Assembly (NCBI GenBank): GCA_045807845.1 | Contig: JBJMGQ010000085.1 | Location: forward strand, 1 to 51,490 | Origin: Pyrinomonadaceae bacterium | GTDB taxonomy: Bacteria > Acidobacteriota > Blastocatellia > Pyrinomonadales > Pyrinomonadaceae | Length of the DNA: 51,490 bases | Reading direction: 5' to 3' | Shown: positions 17,222 through 28,292 of the stretch, piece after piece | How positions within the stretch are numbered: position 1 is the stretch's first letter | How the letters are laid out: each line of letters begins with the position of its first letter | Notes under the pieces: generated by a model | What the model was told of the DNA's origin: nothing | The model's input: the letters and a program-made list of their open reading frames with translations, nothing else | Databases searched by the model: none | Position numbers and translations under genes: made by a program

Positions 17222-18100
17222 ATGAAGACAAGTACCCGACTGCCTGTCTTTACCCTCTCATTACTCGTCTGCGCATACGCGGCTGCCGGTGCGCGGCAGA
17301 AGCCCACGGGCGCGGCGCAGGGCGGCGGCGGCACGGTCGTCTTCGCCGTCTCGAAGTACGAGTCGAGCGTGACGGCGGAGCCGGTCGTCCTCTACAAGGG
17401 CGGCGCGTATGTTGACCCGCTCGACGGAGACGAGGCCGGGGGTGACTCTTTCGCGCGCGTGTACTTTCGCACGGGGCGGAAGTATCGCATCCTCTCGGGC
17501 GGGGGCGAGGCGGGCACTTTGACCGTGAACAAGTCTCTGGAGCAGGGCTGCGTCGGGCTTGTCGCGGAGGCCACGGCTGAGACGCAGGCGCACATCGGCG
17601 GGCGCTTGAAGGCGCTCGCGACCGACTCGCAGACGCTCGGCCGAGGGGTCGTCTCACGCCGCGCGCCGGCCGAGGCGGAACGCGCGCGTGCGGTCGAGCT
17701 GGCACGCGCGGCCTATGCGAAGAACGGCGTCAACGCTTCGCTCGCGGCGAAGATGGAGGTGGTGAACCTGACGGCGACCGACCTCGACCGCGACGGAAAG
17801 TTCGAGTTGATCGGCAGCTTCCTCGTCAAGAAGGAGGGAGCGGCGCCCGACAACTACACGCTCTTCCTCATCATGGAGCCGGCAGAGGGCGGGTTCAAGA
17901 CGGCTTGGGAGTGGTTCCACAAAGGCAACGAGGACGCCTATGAGGACAGACTCTTCGTCGATCAGTTGGACTTCGACGGCGACGGCGTGGCCGAAGTCAT
18001 CGCCGAAGGCACCTACTACGAGAGCAACGACTACGTGATTTATAAGAGGCAGCAGGGGCGTTGGCGCCCCGTCTACAAGGGCGGCGGCGGGGGCTGTTGA
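17222..18100 (+). CDS. secreted protein with FG-GAP/VCBS-like DxDxDG repeats
   Basis: Signal peptide (LSLLVCAYAAAGA), plus DLDRDGKFELI and DFDGDGVAEVI motifs. Confidence 0.6.
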   Translation: MKTSTRLPVFTLSLLVCAYAAAGARQKPTGAAQGGGGTVVFAVSKYESSVTAEPVVLYKGGAYVDPLDGDEAGGDSFARVYFRTGRKYRILSGGGEAGTLTVNKSLEQGCVGLVAEATAETQAHIGGRLKALATDSQTLGRGVVSRRAPAEAERARAVELARAAYAKNGVNASLAAKMEVVNLTATDLDRDGKFELIGSFLVKKEGAAPDNYTLFLIMEPAEGGFKTAWEWFHKGNEDAYEDRLFVDQLDFDGDGVAEVIAEGTYYESNDYVIYKRQQGRWRPVYKGGGGGC

Positions 18101-18111
18101 GGGCACGCACG

Positions 18112-18131
18112 TTTTCCACACTTGTGGAAAA
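18112..18131. promoter_or_regulatory. perfect 9-bp inverted repeat (operator-like or small hairpin)
   Basis: TTTTCCACA ct TGTGGAAAA, 22 nt upstream of the putative -35 element. Confidence 0.4.
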
Positions 18132-18152
18132 TCTCGAACGCATAAGAGCGTC

Positions 18153-18180
18153 TTGCAAACGAAACTTAGAGTGCTATAAT
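18153..18180 (+). promoter_or_regulatory. sigma-70-like promoter upstream of the DnaC/IstB-like gene
   Basis: TTGCAA (18153-18158), 16-nt spacer, TATAAT (18175-18180). About 120 nt upstream of the ATG at 18302. Confidence 0.5.
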
Positions 18181-18301
18181 CCGCCCGGCCTCGGCCGCAG
18201 AGGTCGCGAATTTTTTTGCCCCGGAGAGCGGTCGCGTCGCGCAAGCCTTTGCTAACCAACGCGCGGCTTGAACATCAAGTACAGAACATTTCGTCTCCCG
18301 A

Positions 18302-19144
18302 ATGCCTTCGGACAATCGCAAAAAATTCCCGACCCTGTTCCCCGTCCCTGAAATGGAGGCGGACGCCGACGCTCCTTCTCAAGAGGAGTCGAAGCCTGCG
18401 CGCAGGAAGCGGGTCGAGTCTCCGGCGGTCTGTCAACGCTGCTTCGGCACAGGCATGGAAGTTATTCCCGGCCGCGGCGCGCGCCGCTGCGAGTGCCGCA
18501 CGCAGGACACGCGCTCGAAGCTCCTTGAGCAGGCGCGCATCCCGCGCCGCTACCGCGAGCCCGCGCCGCCGCGCCGCGAATCCTGCACGCTTCAGAACTA
18601 CTACCCCGCGCCCAACAACGGCTCGCAGCTCAAAGCCTTCAACTACGCCTTCCGCCTCGTGCGCGAGTACCCGGCGGTCGAGCGCGGCCTGCTGCTGATG
18701 GGGCCCGTCGGCGTCGGCAAGACGCACCTCGCCGTCGCTATCATCCACGGGCTGTTGGAGAAGGGCGTGCCCTGCCTCTTCTACGAGTTCGGCGCGCTCC
18801 TCAAAGAGATTCAAGACTCTTACAACAAGGTCTCGAACACGTCCGAGATGAGCGTGCTCGCGCCGGTCTATCAGGCCGAGGTCTTGGTCTTGGACGAGCT
18901 AGGCGCGTCGAAGCCGACCGACTGGGTGCGCGACACGATGATGAACATCATCGGCAAGCGCTACAACGACAAGCGTCTCACCATCTTCACCACCAACTAC
19001 ATGGACGCCCGCCGCGGGCCCGCGGAAGAGACCCTCGAAGACCGCGTCGGCGTCCGCCTCCGCTCCCGCCTCTACGAGATGTGCCGCACCGTCGAGCTCG
19101 ACGGCGACGACTACCGCCGCCAACTCGACGGCTCTAAGGTCTAA
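18302..19144 (+). CDS. DnaC/IstB-like AAA+ ATPase with an N-terminal Cys-rich segment
   Basis: Walker [18 protein letters not shown], Walker B VLVLDELG, and KRLTIFTTN as in DnaC/IstB. N-terminal [13 protein letters not shown]. No adjacent transposase. Confidence 0.8.
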   Translation: MPSDNRKKFPTLFPVPEMEADADAPSQEESKPARRKRVESPAVCQRCFGTGMEVIPGRGARRCECRTQDTRSKLLEQARIPRRYREPAPPRRESCTLQNYYPAPNNGSQLKAFNYAFRLVREYPAVERGLLLMGPVGVGKTHLAVAIIHGLLEKGVPCLFYEFGALLKEIQDSYNKVSNTSEMSVLAPVYQAEVLVLDELGASKPTDWVRDTMMNIIGKRYNDKRLTIFTTNYMDARRGPAEETLEDRVGVRLRSRLYEMCRTVELDGDDYRRQLDGSKV

Positions 19145-19280
19145 CCTCCCGGCGCCTCTCCCCCAGCCCTACTTTATCCTTCGTTCAATCGGGCACAGGC
19201 AATGCCGATGTGTGTCTTGAGGTCGTTTGGTTTTCAAGGCGCCCCTCAACATCAACCCTTCCCCTTGCAGGCGGGGGGAC

Positions 19281-19871
19281 TCAGGCTTCGGTTGGAGCGT
19301 CGAAGCTGACGCCCGCGTAGATTTCAGTCAGAGGCAGTTCGCAGCCGAGTGAGCCGAGCGTCAGGGTCGCTTCCAACTCGTTAGCCTCGGTGTGAATCCA
19401 CGTTCCGTCGTCCTGCCTGAACAGGCGCGTGACGTGCGGGCGGTGCTGCGCGACGAGCAGGTACTCGCGCAGCGTCGGGACTGATTTATAGTGCGTGAAC
19501 TTCTCGCCGCGGTCATAAGCTTCCGTTGAGGGTGAGAGGACTTCAATGATGAGTTGCGGGTTTACAAGGGTGTCAACGCCCCCTATCTCCTCTGACTCGG
19601 CCTTTCCGCAGACTACGGACAAGTCGGCGTACCGATACGGCGGCGCGCTCGGCACTTTTATTCGCATGTTAGCCAGGAAGACACGACACCCGCCTTCTCG
19701 AATCTGTGCCCTCAAGAAGGCGTATATGTTTCCTTCAATCGCGTCATGCTCGTCGCTGACGCCGCTCATGCAGAAGACTTCGCCGTCCCAGAACTCGAAG
19801 CGTTCTTCGGAAGTTCTTTCAAGTTCGAAATACTCCTCCAGCGTGTAGCGTCGCTCGGGGTTCGCGGCCAT
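19281..19871 (-). CDS. Uma2 family (DUF820) restriction-endonuclease-fold protein
   Basis: YTLEEYFELE..FEFWDGEV, D-x(n)-EVLSPS-type core (PQLIIEVLSPST) and REYLLV are typical of Uma2. The start is ATG 19871 or 19898. Confidence 0.8.
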   Translation of the reverse strand: MAANPERRYTLEEYFELERTSEERFEFWDGEVFCMSGVSDEHDAIEGNIYAFLRAQIREGGCRVFLANMRIKVPSAPPYRYADLSVVCGKAESEEIGGVDTLVNPQLIIEVLSPSTEAYDRGEKFTHYKSVPTLREYLLVAQHRPHVTRLFRQDDGTWIHTEANELEATLTLGSLGCELPLTEIYAGVSFDAPTEA

Positions 19872-19963
19872 GTTGATGTCCCTTTCCACGGCGCTCATAA
19901 ACTACGCCGATTGCTCGCGGTTTTCAAACGTTGCGGCGGGCGTGTCGGCGCGCGTCCGGTGGG

Positions 19964-19993
19964 TTCGTGGCGGGTCGGCGGGGCGTGTATAAT
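19964..19993 (+). promoter_or_regulatory. possible promoter of carB
   Basis: Perfect TATAAT at 19988-19993, but only a weak -35 (TTCGTG, 18-nt spacer). 60 nt upstream of the carB ATG. Confidence 0.3.
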
Positions 19994-20053
19994 GCCACGA
20001 ATTTCACGCATGCAGGAAGGAACTTTCGCCGGAGTCGCGAAGCCCGTCAGTCA

Positions 20054-23275
<3,222 letters not shown>

Positions 23276-23288
23276 GCCGGCAAAGGGA

Positions 23289-23365
23289 TTAACCACCGCA
23301 GACACAGAGACACGGCTTTGAAGATTTATAACTTCAAGCCGTGTCTCTGTGTCTGCGGTGGTTAA
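23289..23365. repeat. very long hairpin (about 34 bp stem) downstream of carB, family C (AGACACA-type units)
   Basis: TTAACCACCGCAGACACAGAGACACGGCTTTGAAG (23289-23323), loop ATTTATAA, and the complement at 23332-23365 with one bulged T. Followed by CTTTTCGG. Confidence 0.9.
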
Positions 23366-23607
23366 CTTTTCGGTACTGCCCGAGCGGCGTGGGGGGCCCA
23401 GGATGCCGCACACGCCGCCGCCACCCCTGGCTGCGGGCAGAAGTCGCAAAGTCGAACTCTCTTCGAGTAGAATGGCGGCAGAAGTTTCCTCCCGAACGCA
23501 CGCCCCGAAGCACAGCGCGAAGAGTAGCCGAGACTCTTGCGCGCGGTCTTTAGGAGCTTCTGAGATTTTTCTGAAAGAGTTGTGAAAGCGACCGGAGCGC
23601 AAGGCTG

Positions 23608-25425
23608 ATGTCCACGAACAACGGCGGGCGGGCGTATACCTTTGGCCCCTTCGTGTTGGACACGCGCGAGGGAACTCTGCTGCGTGAGGGGCGCCCCGCG
23701 CAGCTCACGCCGAAGGCGTTCGAGACGCTCGTCGCGCTCGTCGAGCAGAGCGGCCGCTGCATCGGCAAAGAGGAGCTGATGCGAAGGGTCTGGCCCGACA
23801 GCTTCGTCGAAGAGAACAACCTCTCGCAGAACATCTCGCAACTGCGCCGCGCCTTGCAGGCCGAGGGCGCCGCACAGTACATCGAGACCGTGCCGCGCCG
23901 CGGCTATCGCTTCAACGCGCCCGTCGTGGTGCAGGAGGTCGCGCCGGCCTTAAGTGAAAACGAAGAGAGTAAGGTTTCGGTCGTCGCGCCTTCAGGCAGG
24001 GTCGAGCTGTTTGCGCGTGCCGCGGAAGTAGAGGGCACGGGCGAGCAGGGAGCGGACGAGTTCCCGCCGGAGTTGATGCGCGTGCCCGAGACGCGCTACG
24101 CCTTGAGCGGCGACGTGAACATCGCCTACCAGACGCTCGGCGACGCGCCGCTCGACCTCGTCTTCGTGATGGGCTGGGTTTCGCACCTCGAATACTTCTG
24201 GCGCGAGCCCTCGGTCGCGCGCTTCCTGCGGCGGCTCGCGACCTTCTCGCGCCTCATCCTCTTCGACAAACGCGGGACGGGGCTTTCAGACCGCGTGCCG
24301 CTCGACCAACTGCCCACGCTCGAACAGCGCATGGACGACGTGCGCGCCGTGCTCGAAGCCGTGGGCTCGGAGCGCGCCGCCATCATCGGCATTTCGGAGG
24401 GCGGGCCGCTCTCTGCGCTCTTCTCCGCGACCTACCCGGAGCGCACGAGCGCGCTCGTCATGATCGGCACCTACGCCAAACGCGTGCGCGACGAAGACTA
24501 CCCGTGGGCGCCGACGTGGGAGCAGCGCGGCGAGTTCCTGCGCGAGATGCGTGAGCATTGGGGCGGCCCCGTCGGCATTGAGGAGCGCGCGCCGTCGAAG
24601 GCGAACGACCCGGCGTTCCGCGAGTGGTGGGCCGAGTACCTGCGGATGGGCGCGAGCCCCGGCGCCGCCGTCGCGCTCACGAAGATGAACGCCGAGATTG
24701 ACGTGCGCCACGTGCTGCCGACCGTGCGCGTGCCGACGCTCGTCATACATAACCGGGGCGACCTCTGCCTCAAGGTCGAAGAGGGTCGCTACGTCGCCTC
24801 GCGCATCCCGGGCGCGCGCTTCGTCGAGCTGCCCGGCTCCGACCACCTGCCCTTCTTCGAGGGACAGGACGCCATCGTCAACGAGATTGAAGAGTTCCTC
24901 ACCGGCGCGCGCCACACACGCGAGCCCGACAGCGTGCTCGCCACGCTGCTCTTCGTCAACATCATTGACCGCGACGTGCGCGCCGCCGAGCGCGGCACTC
25001 GCGGCTGGCGCGATCTTGTCAGACGCTTTCGCGCGCACGTCTCGAAGGAGATAAAGTGGTTCCGCGGTCGCGAGATTGATATGGAAGGCGCGGGGCCGCT
25101 CGCCACCTTCGACGGCCCCGCGCGCGCCATCCGCTGCGCCTGCGCCGTCAGCGAGTACGCGGCGCGGCTCAACATAGAGGTGCGCGCAGGTCTCCACACG
25201 GGCGAGTGCGATCTGCTGGAAGGCGGGCGCGTGGGCGGCCTCGCCGTCGAGGTAGGCCGAGCGGTGCGCGAGCGCGCGGGGCCGGGCGAAGTGCTCGTCT
25301 CGCACACGGTCAAAGACCTCGTCGCCGGCTCCGGCATCACCTTCGAGGAGCGCGGCGCGCACGCCTTTGAGGGGCTGCCCGGCGACTGGCGCCTCTTCCG
25401 CGTCGAGCGCGGCGCGTGCGTGTAA
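23608..25425 (+). CDS. three-domain protein: OmpR/CadC-type winged-helix DNA-binding domain + alpha/beta hydrolase + degenerate class III cyclase-homology domain
   Basis: N-terminus: TFGPFVLDTREGTLLREG..LTPKAFETLVALV..VPRRGYRF. Middle: FDKRGTGLSDR and IGISEGG (nucleophile elbow). C-terminus: LLFVNIID, EGAGPLATFDGPARAIRCA, GLHTGE, GPGEVLVSHTV. Confidence 0.85.
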   Translation: MSTNNGGRAYTFGPFVLDTREGTLLREGRPAQLTPKAFETLVALVEQSGRCIGKEELMRRVWPDSFVEENNLSQNISQLRRALQAEGAAQYIETVPRRGYRFNAPVVVQEVAPALSENEESKVSVVAPSGRVELFARAAEVEGTGEQGADEFPPELMRVPETRYALSGDVNIAYQTLGDAPLDLVFVMGWVSHLEYFWREPSVARFLRRLATFSRLILFDKRGTGLSDRVPLDQLPTLEQRMDDVRAVLEAVGSERAAIIGISEGGPLSALFSATYPERTSALVMIGTYAKRVRDEDYPWAPTWEQRGEFLREMREHWGGPVGIEERAPSKANDPAFREWWAEYLRMGASPGAAVALTKMNAEIDVRHVLPTVRVPTLVIHNRGDLCLKVEEGRYVASRIPGARFVELPGSDHLPFFEGQDAIVNEIEEFLTGARHTREPDSVLATLLFVNIIDRDVRAAERGTRGWRDLVRRFRAHVSKEIKWFRGREIDMEGAGPLATFDGPARAIRCACAVSEYAARLNIEVRAGLHTGECDLLEGGRVGGLAVEVGRAVRERAGPGEVLVSHTVKDLVAGSGITFEERGAHAFEGLPGDWRLFRVERGACV

Positions 25426-25447
25426 GTTAGGGGAGGGAAGTGACTGG

Positions 25448-25948
25448 ATGACGACGACGGTCGAGATTCGCGCAGCCGTGTTGACGGTGAGCGACCGCAG
25501 CGCGCGCGGCGAGCGCGAGGACGAGTCGGGGCCGTTGCTGGCCGAGCTGCTGCGCGCGGCGGGTGCGACGGTCGTCTCGCAGGAGATCGTGTCGGACGAG
25601 TTAGAGCCGCTCGCCGAACGCCTGCGCGCGCTCGCCGAGCGCGAGGATGTCAACCTCGTCGTGACGACCGGCGGGACTGGCTTAGGCCCGCGCGACAACA
25701 CGCCCGAGGCCACGCGCTCTGTTGTCGAGAGGGAAGTGCCCGGCCTCGTCGAGGCGATGCGCGCCGAGACTCTCAAACAAACTCCGACGGCGCTGCTCTC
25801 GCGCGCCGTCTGCGGCACGCGCTCGGGCGCGCTCGTCGTCAACCTCCCCGGCTCGCCGAAGGGCGTGCGCGAATGCTTCGCCGTCCTCCGCCCCGTCCTC
25901 GCACACGCCGTCGCCCAACTCGCCGGCCGCGATCATGAAAGACAGTAG
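25448..25948 (+). CDS. MoaB/MogA-family molybdenum cofactor biosynthesis protein
   Basis: AAVLTVSDRSARGEREDESGP and LVVTTGGTGLGPRDNTPEA are typical of the MoCF_biosynth domain. Start trimmed to the ATG at 25448. Confidence 0.85.
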   Translation: MTTTVEIRAAVLTVSDRSARGEREDESGPLLAELLRAAGATVVSQEIVSDELEPLAERLRALAEREDVNLVVTTGGTGLGPRDNTPEATRSVVEREVPGLVEAMRAETLKQTPTALLSRAVCGTRSGALVVNLPGSPKGVRECFAVLRPVLAHAVAQLAGRDHERQ

Positions 25949-26051
25949 GCAGATGGCAGAGGGCAGTAGGCAGTCGCTTCCGCGTCGCGGACGTTGAAAG
26001 GTCAAATCGGAAGTTTCGATAGCAGGGCTTTCAACTGCCATCTGCCTACTG
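25942..26051. repeat. family D heptad array (GNNGGCA)n with a distal inverted copy, between moaB-like and nuoA
   Basis: GTAGGCA GATGGCA GAGGGCA GTAGGCA (25945-25972). The 17-nt CAGTAGGCAGATGGCAG (25943-25959) is complementary to CTGCCATCTGCCTACTG (26035-26051). Confidence 0.85.
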
Positions 26052-26156
26052 CTTCTCAGAAAGCTTTTGACAACATCGGGGGCGCGGCCTAGAATCCGCA
26101 CAGTTCTTCACTTCGCCAAACGCACGAGCGCACCAACCGAAGGCGAGACCAGAGAG

Positions 26157-26576
26157 ATGCTGAGCGCACTACTACTGCAAGCGAACCCTGCCGCCGCCGC
26201 GGGCGGGCCGCTGACGGCCTACTGGCCCGTGATGATCTTCCTCGCGGTGGCGGCGGTCTTCCCCGTGCTGCCCGTGGTGCTCGGTCGCTTCGTGCGACCG
26301 AACATCTACGGCAAGGCGAAGATGCGCCCCTACGAGTGCGGCATCGACCCCGTGACCGAGGCGCACGACCGCTTTACCGTGCGCTACTACATCGTGGCGA
26401 TGCTCTTCCTCGTCTTCGACGTGGAGACGATCTTCCTGCTGCCTTGGGCCATCATCTTCATGGGCGACGAGTTCTCCTTCACCAAGTTCGCGCTCTTAGA
26501 GATGTTCGTCTTCATCGGCATCCTCGTCGTCGGCTACTACTACGCTTGGCGCAAGGGCGCTTTGGAGTGGGCTTGA
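26157..26576 (+). CDS. nuoA: NADH-quinone oxidoreductase subunit A
   Basis: PYECGIDP, RYYIVAMLFLVFDVETIFLLPWA. Start trimmed to the ATG at 26157. Confidence 0.9.
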   Translation: MLSALLLQANPAAAAGGPLTAYWPVMIFLAVAAVFPVLPVVLGRFVRPNIYGKAKMRPYECGIDPVTEAHDRFTVRYYIVAMLFLVFDVETIFLLPWAIIFMGDEFSFTKFALLEMFVFIGILVVGYYYAWRKGALEWA

Positions 26577-26580
26577 GATA

Positions 26581-26660
26581 GTTTTCAGTTTTTTGTTTTC
26601 AGTTTTCAGCAAGACCAAGCTGCTGACTGAAAACTGAAAACTGAAAACTGAAAACTGACT
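26581..26660 (+). repeat. family B (GTTTTCA)n/(TGAAAAC)n hairpin element, copy B1 (nuoA-nuoB spacer)
   Basis: Left arm of GTTTTCA units (26581-26609), loop AAGACCAAGCTG, right arm of 4 TGAAAAC units ending ..GAAAACTGACT directly before the nuoB ATG at 26661. Confidence 0.92.
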
Positions 26661-27314
26661 ATGGCTGAGCATCAAGAAGGTATCGTACTGACGACGGTCG
26701 ATTCTATCTTCAACGCGCTGCGGCGGAACGTGGCCGCGCCGGTGATGGGGGCGAAGCCCGTGCGGGGCCTCGTCAACTGGGGGCGCAAGTCGGCGCTGTG
26801 GCCGATGACGTTCGGGCTCGCGTGCTGCGCCATCGAGATGATTGCGGCCGGCTCTTCGCGCTTCGACATCGACCGCTTCGGCGCGGGCGTCTTCCGCCCC
26901 TCGCCCCGCCAGAGCGACCTCATCATCGTCGCGGGCACCGTGACTTTGAAGATGGGGCCGGTCGTGCGCCGCGTCTACGACCAGATGCCCGAGCCGAAAT
27001 GGGCCATCGCGATGGGCGCGTGCGCCTCGACGGGCGGCCCCTTCGACTCCTACTCGACGATGCAGGGCGTTGACCGCGTCATCCCCGTGGACGTGTACAT
27101 CCCGGGCTGCCCGCCGCGCCCCGAGGCGCTCCTCTACGGCCTCATGTGCCTGCAAGAGATCATCATGCGCGAGTCGCCCAACGCCTACATCTTCGAGTCC
27201 GACGGCAGCGTCCACCGCCGCCGCGAACTCCCCGAAGACGACGAGGAGCCGCTCGCCGAAATCGCCCCCCTCGATGCCGAAGCCGCCGAAGTCGTCGCCG
27301 ACGCCAGGGGCTGA
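26661..27314 (+). CDS. nuoB: NADH-quinone oxidoreductase subunit B
   Basis: N2 cluster ligand motifs [23 protein letters not shown]. Acidic C-terminal extension. Confidence 0.95.
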   Translation: MAEHQEGIVLTTVDSIFNALRRNVAAPVMGAKPVRGLVNWGRKSALWPMTFGLACCAIEMIAAGSSRFDIDRFGAGVFRPSPRQSDLIIVAGTVTLKMGPVVRRVYDQMPEPKWAIAMGACASTGGPFDSYSTMQGVDRVIPVDVYIPGCPPRPEALLYGLMCLQEIIMRESPNAYIFESDGSVHRRRELPEDDEEPLAEIAPLDAEAAEVVADARG

Positions 27315-27348
27315 AGTAGGACGGAAGAGAAAAAGTTAGACGGAGAAA

Positions 27349-27383
27349 GCGAGGCTCTCATCAATAACCGATGAGAGCCTCGC
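27349..27383 (+). terminator. hairpin downstream of nuoB
   Basis: GCGAGGCTCTCATC..GATGAGAGCCTCGC, a perfect 14-bp stem. No clear U-tract. Confidence 0.5.
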
Positions 27384-27413
27384 TGCCTCTTATCCTACTG
27401 CACTTCTCTTTTT

Positions 27414-28190
27414 GGTAGTGGCTCAATCGTAAGAGAGAGCCAGAGAATTATTGTAGTCATGCAGAAAGAGTTGCAAACACAGTTCGTGCATCGCATCCGA
27501 CTTCGAAAAAGACAGACTCTTTCTGACGAAGCGCCCGAGCCGCTGCCGCAAAGTATTGTTCCACCGCTCGACATGCGCCGTGAAGCCGGTCTCTTTGCCC
27601 GCCGTGGTATGTTGCTCGGCAGGGATCACCAAAGAGTAAGCTTCCCAAAAGTCGCTGTAGCAATGAGCCGCTCGATACCTGGCCGGTATCTGCTCCCAGA
27701 GTTTTTGACAGCTCGCCCGGCTCCTGTCGCCGACGACATAAGCCACGACTTGTCGGGTGGCACGACACAGCGCGATCCATATCCAGCGCTTGTTGGCGCG
27801 CTTTAAGACGAATGACCAGAGTTCATCCAATTCCAGGGCGATGGCGGCTGGCAGCGTCGGGTCAATCAGTGTCTCGCTCAACTCGGGCAGCGTCGTCTCT
27901 TTTTTTGAGCCAACCGGTGACGGTGTTTCTGGAGACGCCGAAGGTGCGCGACAGGCCGCGCAAGGAACTGCGCTCGTGGTAAGCACGAAGTATCTGTTCC
28001 CGCTCCTCTTCGGTGTAGCCATTGGCTTGCGGGTCGTCACGGCTCATGCGCCCGCAGTCGGAGCAGAGGTAACGCTGCTTGCCGTTTTGCGTCAAGCCGT
28101 TGCGCACGAGCCTGTCGCCGCCGCAGTGATAGCACTTGAGTTTGACCATGCGAGAGAGTCTACAGCCTCTCCCGCGATTGAACCACTACC
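27414..28190 (-). mobile_element. IS1-family insertion sequence (777 bp)
   Basis: Terminal inverted repeats GGTAGTGGCTCAATCG (27414-27429) and CGATTGAACCACTACC (28175-28190), 15/16 complementary. They enclose insA-like and insB-like frames. Confidence 0.85.
27423..28149 (-). CDS. IS1-family transposase InsAB' (requires a -1 frameshift); upstream frame alone = InsA-like zinc-finger/HTH protein (27862..28149)
   Basis: InsA frame: CYHCGGDRLVRNG..YLCSDCG. A7 slippery run on the coding strand (T7 at 27900-27906 on +). A -1 shift joins ..VTGWLKK to KETTLPELSETL..DELWSF..(DDE-type InsB). Confidence 0.85.
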
Positions 28191-28198
28191 CGGAAAGC

Positions 28199-28244
28199 AA
28201 CAAACGAAAACGAGAAGGCCGCAGCTTTGACTGCGGCCTTCTCG
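28199..28244 (-). terminator. rho-independent terminator of prfA (minus strand)
   Basis: CGAGAAGGCCGCAG..CTGCGGCCTTCTCG, followed on the minus strand by TTTTCGTTTGTT. The IS1 end (28190) abuts it. Confidence 0.8.
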
Positions 28245-28292
28245 TTCTTAAGCGTTGCGCGTCCGGCGCTGCTCACTCGTTACTGCTTTGAG

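Noticed and set aside
26496-27215. ORFs whose termini translate the heptad repeats into FSFQFSVFS-type peptides (26496-27215 -, 34059-34358 -, 36534-37301 -, 37761-38006 -).
   Set aside because: The repeated peptide is a by-product of reading (TGAAAAC)n on the reverse strand. The rest of each ORF is antisense to nuo genes.
27400-28205. Target-site duplication flanking the IS1 element.
   Set aside because: No 8-9 bp direct repeat was found in the immediate flanks. This is reported as an observation, not as evidence for a specific mechanism.
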